Assembly (NCBI RefSeq): GCF_000143415.4
Contig: NW_003314264.1
Span: forward strand, 1,380,733 to 1,444,732
Origin: Selaginella moellendorffii
Taxonomy: Eukaryota > Plantae > Lycopodiophyta
Direction: 5' to 3'
Length of the DNA stretch: 64,000 nt
Shown here: positions 25,386-36,942 of the stretch, one piece after another
How the letters are laid out: each line of letters starts with the position of its first letter
How positions within the stretch are numbered: the first letter of the stretch is position 1
Program-made: the position numbers and the translations under genes
Notes under the pieces: generated by a model
The model's database searches: none
What the model was told of the DNA's origin: nothing
The model's input: only the letters and a program-made list of their open reading frames with translations

Positions 25386-25656
25386 CGTGGCGAAATGCTT
25401 GAGCGAATGTGTTTGAGGGCGCGAGTTTCTTATACCGGGGAATGGATGCAATCATAGAGCATGTCCTTTGGGTTGCCAAGCTAATCACTGGATCATTGAT
25501 CCACATAGAACGTCTCCGTGAATCCCAGCGAATATACTCCATGTAGCCCTATTTTTGACCAAGTTTGAATAGCAGAATATACTCCATAAACCTTAATTTG
25601 ACTATGTTTGACTTAATGAATATTCGAAGGATATAGGTTTTGGGTTTGTGTCGGCT

Positions 25657-27530
25657 ATGGCGGTGGTGGGAGCGCTGTTGCTCGTGGCGGCGGCGGTCTT
25701 GTTCCTGGCGCGGCGCTGGGAGTGCAAGCGGGCGATCGCATTCTTCCATCCCTACACCAACGATGGGGGCGGCGGTGAGCGCGTCCTGTGGTGCGCCGTC
25801 CGGGCCGTCCAGGAGATGTTTCCCGATGTCCCTTGCGCGATCTACACCGGGGATGAGGCTACGCCCTCGTCACTGGCAGCTCGAGCATGGGAGAAATTCG
25901 GTGTCAAGCTCCATTCGCCTCCTCAGGTAAAATTCTCTCTAGTTCTTCTTAGTTGTTGTTAGCTCGGTAAAATTCTTCTAGTTCTTCTAGTTCTTCGTTT
26001 CTTCTTGATATTCTTCGATCTCATGCCTGGATCTTCTAGTCCATTCGTGAGTCTAGATGAGTAAGCATTCACTTTGTCACGAACGAAGTTTGCGTGACGA
26101 TAAGCATGCCTGGAACTTTTAGCTCTGATCGATCGTGATTCTTTCTACAGGTTGTGAGACTGCGAACCAGGAATCTGATTGATCCATCGAACTATCCACA
26201 CTTCACACTTCTCTGCCAGTCTTTGGGCTCCATAGTTCTTGGATTGGAAGCACTCGTGAGGCTCAGGCCAGTTTTGTTCTTCGACACAAGCGGCTATGCC
26301 TTAACTTATCCCCTCGCAAGACTGTTTGGCTGCAAGGTGGCGTGCTACACTCACTACCCGACCATCAGCTCCGACATGGTGTCGCGAGTTTCCAATCGCT
26401 CGTCGCTCTACAACAACAGTGGAGTTATCGCGCGCAGGCAAGTTTCGTGTCGAACGTTTGCGTGTTTCTTTTCGTAGTGACTTCGTGCGTTTTCCAGCTT
26501 TTTGTTATCAACTGGGAAGATTGTTTACTACGAATTGATGGCCTTGATGTATGGACTAGCAGGGAGATGTGCCAATCTGGCGATGGTGAACTCGTCCTGG
26601 ACACTATCCCACATAGAGAAGTTGTGGAAGGGAGCACGGATTGTGCGAGTTTATCCTCCGTGTAACACCGAGTCATTGCAGGTATGGAAGAGATCTTCTT
26701 ACGTTTTCCTCTACTTGATAGAGGCATCCATCTTTTCTTCAGGAACTTCCGCTAGAGAGGAGCGAGCGTGAGCTTTATTTCATATCGGTCGCCCAGTTCC
26801 GTCCAGAGAAGGTAAATCCTCCCTTCTCTTCTGGTGCATCCCTTCTGGTGCATCCCCTGACGCTTTCGTTTTCTCGAAGAACCACGACCTTCAAGTGGAA
26901 GCTTTCGCTATGGCCCTCGAGAAACTTAGTGCTGAGAAACGTCCCAGGCTCAAGCTTGTGGGAAGCTGCCGAAATGAAGAGGACGCGAAGAGGCTGTCGG
27001 ATCTCAAGTCTCTGTGCGCCAAGCTTGGAATCCAAGATCACGTGGACTTCCATGAGAATATATCTTACACGTAAGTCTTTTTTGGAGAAGTTTGCTCGCG
27101 ACGCTCATCAGTTGTCTCTCCAGCGCGTTGCGAGACTTGCTTGGAGGGGCCATAGCAGGCATCCACTTCATGATCGACGAGCACTTCGGGATCAGCGTTG
27201 TGGAATACATGGCAGCAGGAGCGATCCCAATCGGTAAGTTGTAAACGTTTTGCGGTTCCTGAGCAGGAGTTTTTGAGTTCTCGGCAATTTGCAGCACACA
27301 ACTCCGCCGGTCCAAGGATGGATATTGTGGTGGACGAAGATGGCGACCAGAAAACCGGTTTCCTCGCAGCAACAGTCCCGGAGCTCGCGAGCAAAATGGT
27401 CGAAGTGCTCTCCATGGCAAGCTCAGAGCGCCTGGAAATCGCCAAGGCTGCTCGGAGGCGATGCCACAGGTTTTCCGAGAGGCAATTTAACGACAGCTTC
27501 AAGCAAGCCATGACGATGTTCCATCTCTAG
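25657..27530 (+). CDS. ALG11: GDP-Man:Man3GlcNAc2-PP-Dol alpha-1,2-mannosyltransferase ALG11
   Basis: [60 protein letters not shown]; includes a GC-AG intron 26438-26497. Confidence 0.95.
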
Positions 27531-27636
27531 AGAAGCTCAGCTTGGCATAGGAGAGGATTGGAAAAACATTGCATTACCAAAACTTACGAACGAAAAAAAG
27601 GAAAACTTAACAAGAGGTACCTCTTGTGTTCCTGGA

Positions 27637-29320
27637 CTACCTCACTGTTACAATGTCGTCTATCTTGAGGATCATGCGGACGCACTCGGTCGCCAGGCTC
27701 ACGGCGCTTGTGCTCACCAGCAGCGGCTGCACCACATTCTCTTCCAGGATGTTTGTGATCTGCCCCTTCCTCACGTTGATCCCAGTGTTGACCTCTCCAT
27801 TCGCGTGATGATTGCGGAGCTCCGTCACGATGGTGATGGGATTCAGCCCCGCGTTCTCGGCTAGAGTGTACGGGATCACCTCCAGTGCCTCCGCGAAAGC
27901 GCGCACGCAGTAGCTCTCCATCCCCTGTAAAGTTTTGGCCCACGCTCCAAGCTGTCTTGACGCTTCGATCTCTGGAGCTCCACCACCTTGTCATCGAAGA
28001 AACAAGAAACACATTAGCTCTCTGGACATCTATCGCTCGAACGAAAGAAACTACGCTCTTGGAGAAGAAACACTTACCAGCGATGAGGAAACGTTTGTTG
28101 ACAAGGCACCGCACGACACAGAGAGCGTCGTGCAAGCTCCGCTCGGCTTCGTCGAGAACCAGCTGGTTCGATCCACGAACCAAGATGGTAGTCGTCCGGC
28201 CCATGTTTTTGATCCCGGATATCTTGACGATCCTTCCGTCGCCCACCGAGACCTCTTCCACGAGCTCGGCCTGTCCCAGCTTCTCGGCTCGGAAGTGCTC
28301 GATGTTGGCGATGGGAAGACAGTTGAGCGTCTTGGAGATGAACTCGATCTCGTCCCTCTCCACGTCTTTCACCACCAAGATCTTGGCCTTGGCGAGATAA
28401 TGCAGCGACAGCTCCGTCACCGCGTCCCGGAGGATGCTCTTCTGGATGAGAAGAACGTTACACCCGGTGGCCTTGATCTTCTTTATCATTCCCAGGATGT
28501 GGTTCCTCTCCTCCTTGAGAATCCTGTCCATCTGCGTGTAGTCCGAAACTATGACGTTCTGCTCGATATCCGTCTTGGGTGGCGAGATCTGGAACTGGAT
28601 CAAACCGATCTTCGCGTTCTCGACACGAGTCGGCCCACCGGCAGTGTGGCTCGCCTTCTTGTCGAAAACAAGCCCCTTGATCATCTCGGTGTCGTCCACG
28701 GTGCCACCGAGCTTCTTTATCACCTTGATATCTCGCAAGTCCACCGAGTCGGGCCTCGCCGGATCCACGACGTTGAGCACCGCGTCCACGGCCAGCGGCG
28801 CCAGCAGCGACGAGTACTGGCTCACCACCTTGCTGTTGAGCGACGTGCTCGCGTTCTTGACGAGCGCCTCGCGGTCCGAGAGCTCCACCGGTATCGCCAT
28901 GGACGTGAGCACCTCCACCGCCTTGAGTGACGCGCGGTGGAAGGCGTCCGAGATGATGGTCGGGTGGACGCCCTTGCCGAGGAGGGCGATGCACTGCTTG
29001 AGCAAGGCGCCGGCGATCACCACCACGGTGGTGGTTCCATCGCCCGCCACGATATCCTGGCTCTTGGAGAGCTCCACCAGCATTTTGGCGGCGGGCTGGA
29101 GCACCTCCATCTTGAGGAGGATGGTGGCGCCGTCGTTGGTGATGATCACCTCGCCGCTGGAGGTGGAGAGCATCTTGTCCATGCCGCGCGGACCCAGGCT
29201 CGTCCGCACGGCGTCCGCCACGGCCTTGGCGGCCATGATGTTGGCCTGCCGCACGTCATCCTTGCGCTTGTTGTCCACGTACGTCTCTGTCTTACCGGAG
29301 ATCATCGGCGCCTCTGGCAT
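27637..29320 (-). CDS. CCT4: Chaperonin TCP-1 subunit delta (CCT4)
   Basis: [55 protein letters not shown]; one intron ~27987-28077. Confidence 0.96.
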
Positions 29321-29543
29321 TCTCGCGTCGCCGCCCTCGCCCTCGCGCCTAGCTCGCTCTCTTCTTGGAGCTCGAGGCTGCCCTAACCCTAGAACCCCGA
29401 TCGCGATCGCGGCCGTTGATCGGGTGACCGCGGGATGTGCGCGGGATATTCGTGGTTTTACCCGGCAATTTTTAGGGCGCGAGGGGGATTGCGCGAGGAG
29501 GAGCACAGCGCCGCGGCTTTTGAGCGCCGCTGTTTCGATCGGG

Positions 29544-30961
29544 ATGGGAGCCACGGGCTCCAAGCTCGAGAAGGCGCTGGGCGATCAGTTCCCGGAGGGC
29601 GAGCGCTATTTCGGCCTGGAGAATTTCGGCAATACTTGCTACTGCAATAGCGTATTACAGGTAAATCTCTTCCTTGCTCTTCTCTTCGAGTTTTTCCTTC
29701 CCTTTGAGTTCTTCCTCTCTGTTCTTGCGTTGCTACAAAAATCTCTTTTTTGTGTGTGTGTAGGCATTGTACTTTTGCATCCCATTCAGGGACCAGCTGC
29801 TGGATTACTACGGTCGAATCAAGACGGTCGGAGAAGCCGAAGAGAATTTACTGACTTGCTTAGCGGATCTCTTCACACAGGTATCTCGCTCAATCTGTTC
29901 CCAAGGTGATGTTTCAATCCTCCCTTTCCAGATAAACTCTCAAAAGAAGAAGACGGGTGTTATAGCTCCAAAGAGATTCGTGCAGAGGGTAAAGAAGCAG
30001 CACGAGCTCTTCCGGAGCTACATGCACCAGGTATTTTTCCATCCTCTCTGAAATAAGCACTCAAAACGAACAAAGCGCGCGATACTTACAGGACGCACAC
30101 GAGTTTCTAAACTTTTTGCTGAATCAACTAGTTGAAACTCTGGAGAAGGAGGCCAAGTCGGACCCGACAGCCCCAGCATCCCCAGAGAAAAAGTCTAGCG
30201 ATAATGGAGCAACTGGAGAAGAGCATCCGCTTACGTGGGTCCACAAAATCTTCCAGGTTTGCGACTTTGTCAAGCTTTTGGCTCCAGCTTACTCACTCAG
30301 CCATGAATCCACAGGGGTGTCTCACCAACGAGACGAGGTGCCTGCGCTGCGAGACGATAACAGCAAAGGACGAGAAGTTCCTCGATCTCAGCCTCGACAT
30401 CGAGCAGAACAGCTCCGTCACAAGCTGCCTCCGCAACTTCAGCTCCACCGAGACGCTCATCGCCGATGACAAGTTCTTTTGCGACAAATGCTGCAGGTTT
30501 CTACCTCTTCCTTTTCCCCTCGCCGTAACACCCCGCTGCCTCGCAGCTTGCAGGAAGCGCAAAAGCGGATGAAGATCAAGACGCAGCCTCGCATCCTCGC
30601 GCTCCACCTCAAGCGCTTCAAGTACATGGAACAGCTGGGCCGATACAAGAAGCTCTCGTACAGGGTGGTGTTCCCGCTGGAGCTGAAGCTGTGCAACACG
30701 GCCGAGGATGCTCCGGGGTCCGAGTCGGAGTACTCGCTGTTCGCAGTGGTGGTGCACGTAGGGAGCGGCCCCAACCACGGCCACTACGTGAGCCTGGTCA
30801 AGAGCCACAACCACTGGCTGTTCTTCGACGACGAGAACGTAGAGATGATCGACGAGAGTTATGTGCAGACGTTCTTCGGCTCCACGCAGGAGTACTCCAA
30901 CAACACAGACCACGGCTACATCCTCTTCTACGAGTGCCTGGATCCCGCAAAGGCATCGTGA
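29544..30961 (+). CDS. UBP3: Ubiquitin-specific protease UBP3/UBP4 (USP12/46-like)
   Basis: [36 protein letters not shown] (Cys box), [28 protein letters not shown] (His box). Confidence 0.95.
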
Positions 30962-31163
30962 AAATTTTTTTCTCTCGCTTTTCTTCCTTCTTTTTTGGTT
31001 TCAAGATGATGACGATGATGGTATGTCCAAAGCTATTCCATGTTTTTGATCGCTAACAATGCCGAGTACGACCGTTGACTTATTTCGCTTGGGAGACTAA
31101 AATCGAGTTATTTACTTTGACAAGCGTTGTCTTTATGGACTTATTTTCTTTGACGATCGATGA

Positions 31164-31943
31164 CTATGGTCCTCCACCGCCGGTGACCTCGCTCTCGAGC
31201 GTGGCGAGCGTGTTGACCGCGTCTGCGAGCTGCTGCTGGACTTGACTGGCGGCAAGCATGCACGACACTAGTTGACTGCTGCTGTTGAGCGCGCTCTGGA
31301 CGTCTCCCAGGATGGTCAATTGCTGCTGACCGCTGGGTTGACCGCTCTGGCCGCCCGGGCGGCCTCCCGGTCCCCCGGGGCCATTGGGTCCCGGTCCACC
31401 AGGTCCACCGCCCGGGCCACCCGGGCCACCAGGTCCTCCAAGCCCGCCGCCACTGCTGCCATCGCTGCCGCTATCGCTCCCCTCTCGCGCCTCTGGAGCT
31501 TCCGCGATGGAAGATAGGCCGTAAGAGACCGAGGACGTGGGAGGCTTTGCCGAGGAGACGGTGGACGAGTTTGAAGATTTCAGGGTGCTGTAGAGGAGCT
31601 GGTCGACCGTGTTCACTATGGACATGGCGCTGGCCAGCTGGTTTTGGGAGGCCTCGAGCGAGTCCAAGGAGATCGAGGAAGTGGCTTGCTGGAGCTCCAC
31701 CATGGAGGCGTTGATCGCGCTCTGGAGCTCCCCGAGCATGTCCATCTCCTGCTCCTCGGTGCTCTCGCTGGAGACGTTGGAGAGAAGGAATCGGCGAGGC
31801 CCTCCTGTGAGATCATAAAAACGCCACGAATGTTTTTAGACCGTGAGAAACTCTATACCTCCAAGGGATCCATGTCCCGGAATGAGAAGCAGCGCCACTG
31901 CTAGAAGAAGGAGAAGAGCTTTCGCTGTGATCGGCGATGCCAT
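31164..31943 (-). CDS. Secreted Gly/Pro-rich helical protein, family member 3
   Basis: Signal peptide MASPITAKALLLLLAVALLLIPGHG; phase-1 intron ~31807-31859; helical halves alignable to members 1/2 and separated by a (GGP)n tract. Confidence 0.78.
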
Positions 31944-32268
31944 GATACGCATCTCTGTTGTGTTTAGAAGAGTGACACCTCGCGGCTTTAAAGGCCAGAG
32001 TCATCCGGCTTCCAAGGGAGATGACACTAAACACACGCGATGCATGGGCGCTCCCAGCGCTCTCGCTCTCATCATTTGCAACGTAAAGATTTTGGTTCTT
32101 GGGTTTCTTGGGTTGACGTGAATTCACCTTACGTGGCTATACCAAGAATATGCCAGTATCTTTCGCAATTACACGAATCAAGATCATTTATTCTATCATG
32201 GTTTTTCTCATACAAATAAATGTTGGGAGAAGAAGTCGATTGACATGAGAAGGAGTGCTGGCTTGGAT

Positions 32269-32879
32269 CTATGGGCCTCCTCCAGGCCCAAACCCAGGGC
32301 CGCCTCCACCACCATTGTTGTTCAGCTGGAAGTAGGACGCGAGCGTGGAGATCAAGTCCATGGCGGAGCCGAGCTGGGAGGCAGTGGTGTTGAGTGACGA
32401 GAGAGCCAATCCCACGCTCCCATCCTGCGACTGCACGTCGCTGAGGCCGGACAAGACCCCGATGGCGCCGGTCAGCTGCTCGTTGACCGTGGCGTTGAGC
32501 GCCGCCACCGAGTCCAGTGCCTGGTCAACGCTCTTCCGGAGCGAGCCCAGCGCGGAGACGAGCGACAGCGCCTGGTTGACCTGCGTCTCCAGGCTGCTCA
32601 GGCTCGAGAAGCTCGTCACGGCCTGGGTGATTCGCGCCTGGGTGGCGTTGACCGCGCTCTGGACCTGGAGCAGCATCTGGAGCTCTTGGTTTTGGTCCTG
32701 GTTTCCACCGCCGCCGGGTCCGCGAGGGCCGTCTGGATCACCAACTTTTGGGGGAAACCACGAAAGCTTTGAGCAATGCTAGAGACCTAGAGAGGCTTGG
32801 GAGACTTACCGGGTTGCGCGAGCTTGGGAGCCGCGAGAAGCGTCGCGAGGAGGAGGACGAGGCTCATTTCCCTGGCCAT
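32269..32879 (-). CDS. Secreted Gly/Pro-rich helical protein, family member 4
   Basis: Signal peptide MAREMSLVLLLATLLAAPKLAQP; phase-1 intron (gtaagt...aaag); DGPRGPGGGG, QMLLQVQSAVNATQ...QALSLVSAL, C-terminal GGGGPGFGPGGGP. Confidence 0.78.
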
Positions 32880-33198
32880 TCCTTTCGATTGGATCAAGAA
32901 GTGGAGCTTGGCGTGGAGATGGAGGAGTTCTTCTCGCGGATTTAAATGGGGGAGAGGCACTAAAGGCATGAATCTTTGCTGCCGCTTTCCAACGCGTCAA
33001 ACCAAGGGTCATGATCGTTAGGCCGGGGAACACAAATGATGCTCGTAGACACACTCGAGCAATCACGTCAAGAGCTCCACTCGAGTGATGAGTATCATCC
33101 AGAAACCAAGGAATTGCACTTCCATCCTGGAAGAACTTTTTAAACCCAACTTAAGAAACGTGAGGTTCTATGCTCTCCTAGGTAGGGTTGCAAAGGCT

Positions 33199-33707
33199 AT
33201 GGAAGCCACGCACGTCTTTCCAGGACTTGGCTCGTCATGGGTCTCGAGACCTTCGGCAGCATTCTTTTCCACTAGAGCTCCAATCCAAGGTACTCACCGA
33301 AAGAGAGATAGATAGCAAACTATCTCCAATCCAAGCTTGCAGGAAGAAGCAGACCACTCGCGATTCGCATTGTTGGTCGTGCGAGCAGCAATCGAGCGAG
33401 CAGCAACACGGGCAGTAGCAGCAGCAGCAGCAGTGGCGGCGGTGGCGGTGGCAAATCCAAATCCAAGAATTTGATCGAGATGGAAGGAGCAGTGACCGAG
33501 TCGCTACCCAACGCCATGTTCCGGGTGAGTCTAGACAATGGGTGTGAGGTGCTGGCGCATGTCTCGGGCAAGATTCGTAAGAACTTCATCCGGATGCTTC
33601 CAGGGGACCGCGTCAAGATCGAATTGAGCCCCTACGATCTCTCCAAGGGAAGGATTACGTATCGGCTTCGCGCGGACACCACACACCAGGAAACCAATAC
33701 CAGCTAG
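33199..33707 (+). CDS. infA: Nuclear-encoded organellar (plastid-type) translation initiation factor IF1 with transit peptide
   Basis: [22 protein letters not shown]...[34 protein letters not shown]; Ser/Arg-rich N-extension joined in frame by intron 33290-33342. Confidence 0.92.
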
Positions 33708-33871
33708 AACGACTGTTTGCTTGCTCCAAAGCTTGCAAAGAATGATCTTTGTTCTTCTTTTTCTCGAAAATGCGTTGCGTAATAAGTTTCTTGGCTCGAA
33801 AAACTAGATTTTCCTTGGAACAAAGCGGTGCCTCTTTTTCTTTATTTGCTAGCTTCCTGTAGGGTTGGTCT

Positions 33872-34318
33872 ATGGCGAAACGATCTTCTTCTTCTCGGCC
33901 TCGCTCTTCTCCTACGCCTCCGCTGAGAAGAATGAGAACTCGCTCTTGCCCTGCGCCAGATGAAGACTACGATTCTGATTGCATGATCATAGAAGTAGAA
34001 GAAGAAGAAGTAGTAGACGTAAAAGTAGAAGAAGTTGTAGATGTGGTAGTAGAAGAAGAGGAAGATGATGAAGAAGAGGAGGAGGAAGAGGAAGAAGAAG
34101 TAGTAGAAGCAGGAAAGGGTGTGGAGAAACCTGCTCCAGCAAAGGCTCATCGCGACGAGGAAAAATCTCAGAAGCCCACGGCTGAATCCAAGTACCCGAC
34201 CATCGTCAAGAAGCAGAGGAAGCCGAGAACCCAGCGAAGCTTGTCACTGGTCAATATGATCATCAAGATCAACGATGACATCCGAGCAAGAAGGGAGAAA
34301 GAAGCGAAAAAAATGTGA
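33872..34318 (+). CDS. Small basic-acidic-basic low-complexity protein, unknown
   Basis: 148-aa ATG ORF with Arg/Ser N-terminus, Glu/Val tract and Lys/Arg C-terminus; no recognised domain. Confidence 0.45.
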   Translation: MAKRSSSSRPRSSPTPPLRRMRTRSCPAPDEDYDSDCMIIEVEEEEVVDVKVEEVVDVVVEEEEDDEEEEEEEEEEVVEAGKGVEKPAPAKAHRDEEKSQKPTAESKYPTIVKKQRKPRTQRSLSLVNMIIKINDDIRARREKEAKKM

Positions 34319-34419
34319 TTTTTAGTAAGCTTTCCGTAGATTCAAGTGTACTGTTCCAGTAAGCAAAGTACCTTGGAAATGAGTATCTTGGAAGTACGTT
34401 CTTAGCAAAGCCAAGATTT

Positions 34420-35130
34420 TTAGAGAGGAAGAGAGGTTTTGGGATGTCATCCCGGCTATGGCTGGGAATGCGAGGATGGATTTTGGGAAGCACAAGGGAG
34501 AGCTTATGGTGGAGCTGCCGCTGGAGGACAGGGTCTTGCACGAGTGGCACCACGGAGCTCGATTCTTCGAGTTGTTTTTCTTCTCAGGCCGGAGGTAAGG
34601 TTCTGGATTGCGAGGAGTATACCGGCGACGAGGCGGGAGCTCTCATTAATTGAAACGAAGAGACAAAAATCTCTCGAGGTCGGATCTTTGGAGCTCGGCT
34701 TCTCTCATCATGTGGCTGGATTGGTGCCGACGCCTCGAGAGATTATTCGTTGGTAACCGGGAGCACAAATCCAGCGATTGCTACGCCGATTTCATCTGCT
34801 GGTGTGGAGACCAGAGCGCCCACCGCAAGAACGAGACGTTCTTGCTAAACTTGCTGTTGGAGATGAAGCCCGGCAGTGTTTGACGTTTAAAAACGTTTTC
34901 TCGTGGAACACGATGCTGCAAGTCCACGTCCAGAACAATCGTCCCCACGAGGCTTCCATTTGGGAGAACGTCGGCTCTGCATTGGAAGAGGCATGGAATG
35001 GAGCTCTTCTCGCAGGTATGGGCTTCTTTGGTTTTTGAGGTGTTGGCATGCTTTCTCGGAAGAATTTCCTTGTGACTATTTTGTAAAGATCCAAGCACGT
35101 CACAAAAAGTTCTGAAGTTGCGAAAGAAAA
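34420..35130 (+). pseudogene. Deleted copy of the 42743 PPR gene fused to a fragment of the TPR gene
   Basis: gaatgcgaggatggattttgggaagcacaaggg matches ~42805; cacaaatccagcg..ctacgccgatttcatc matches ~43505; attggaagaggcatggaatggagctcttctcgcaggt matches TPR exon 1. Confidence 0.85.
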
Positions 35131-35634
35131 ACTTTCAGTTCCGCAACGAGATATTTTTTCTTTCTATGCGTTTACTGATGCTTCCTTGTAACGTTAACTC
35201 GATCTTACCATTTGTCTAAACTCAGTCAATGAAATATTAACATAGTTAATGAAAAGTCAATAGAACAAGCAGCTACAAATCAAGGTAAGAAATCTACTAT
35301 TAATTGGAACCTGTCTCATGGAATCTAGTTTCCTCCATAAGCCTTGTAAAAGGTCCAAACTAAAGCCATAAACTTAAAGAAAAAAATTTGCCATACTGTA
35401 ATTTAGTTTCAAAGGCATATATAGCCGATCATGCATGGCAATTTATGGTAAAGATGAAGCAAAACCTTGCTATACTTCAGAAGTACAGATAAGTGGGTCA
35501 TGTCATAGATAATACTCAAACAATGTCCCATGATCCCAGAGATCTTTTCTTGCCTGGATTTAAAGCAGCAATAAGCATCATGCCCTGTGAAGAGGCCAAA
35601 CATAAGACTAAGTTTAGAGAGTAAAGTAGTATTT

Positions 35635-35935
35635 CATGCCAAATCATTCAAGAGCTTCTCGATCATGTATACAACACGCAGCTGAGGTCACTCATATAAC
35701 ATACTCCAGCCTTAGATTCCATGCTAGCTTCTAGTGCACATTTCTATTCGATGATGGGGCTCAAAACCTTCTTGACTGTTGCTCTTGTCTTTTTTGAAGA
35801 TCATCCCTTCCTCACCCAATAAGTAGCCAATTCTAGCATTGATCACCCTCTTGAGCACATCTCTAGCAGTATTGTCTTGGCTCTCTCAATCAAACTCCAG
35901 TTGATCAGGAAATGCTTGCCTCCTCCTCTTCTAAC
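35635..35935 (-). pseudogene. Highly diverged 3' remnant of the 2OG oxygenase gene
   Basis: cattcaagagctt, ctccagcctt, gtagccaattctagcattgatcacc and ttggctctctcaatcaaact are collinear with 46075-46315. Confidence 0.6.
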
Positions 35936-36780
35936 TTCTCAATGTATTGGACTAAAGATCATATTCTAAGAATATTTTATAGACTAGGGGATTAGGGTGG
36001 TTTACTCTTAAGCAGCCTGTTAAGTGGTTAGAGTTATAGAAAATTATTAATTTTACAACCCTTTAAAGTGAAAATTGACTTTTTTGTGACTAAACTTATA
36101 GACCATGTTTCTTTGTACTGGAAGACCAATTCAAAGTTAACTTTTTGGGGTGATTTGACAAAGATTTTCCATACTTCATTAGTCAAAAAGTTTGAAAAAG
36201 TTAATCTTTTAGACAAGTAATTAGAAATTAAACAAAAGACACTATCTATAAATGCATTTGTTGACAAGTTCTATAATCTTTGCTTTAGTCTAACAAACAC
36301 TTATGATAAATTGTTTAGTGTGTAATGTTTTATCAAAGATTTGAGTTTGATAAATGTCCAGTATGAAGAAGGATTTTGCTAAACAATATTATCACCAAGG
36401 CTTACATTTTTGTGAAACCACTTGTCAACTAGGTCAACTTTGGTCAGTCAATAAATTAATAATGTATAATTAGGGAATAAATAATTATTACCACAAAACA
36501 TTGATCAATGGAGTTATGAGTCTTGACAATCTCTTTTATAGTGCCACCAATTTTGACATTGCACTTTTAATTGATCCTTGGCTTTTTGTCATAGAACAAT
36601 TCCTTCCAAGAATGACATTTATGCAACTAAAATCCATAATCCGAAATAAAAGATGATTAAGAATCTTTTGAATTTTCAAAGAAACACTTAGAGCTTATTT
36701 ATTATTAAACACAAGTGCTATATCTTAAATAAACTATCACATGTTGAATAGTCTAATTTATCAACCCTAAAAAAAACTTG

Positions 36781-36942
36781 CTACATATATACCATAACCA
36801 CTTTATAAATCTCTACATAAGAAAAAAAGTCTTGACTATCTTAGAATTCAAGTTGTATGTAATGCTATATCCATATACCATAACCATTTTATAGATCTTT
36901 TCATAAGAAAATAAAATTTCTGGACTATCTTAGAATTCAAGC
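36781..36942. repeat. Imperfect tandem duplication (~75-80 bp)
   Basis: cat(at)accataacca...cataagaaaa...gactatcttagaattcaag occurs twice. Confidence 0.8.

Noticed and set aside
29321-29563. 81-aa N-terminal extension of CCT4 in the ORF track
   Set aside because: Open frame across the GC-rich bidirectional promoter; CCT4 homology starts at [10 protein letters not shown].
27935-29909. Long + strand ORFs (331 and 452 aa) over CCT4, the latter running into UBP3
   Set aside because: Antisense shadows of a GC-rich CDS; the real starts are 29320 (-) and 29544 (+).
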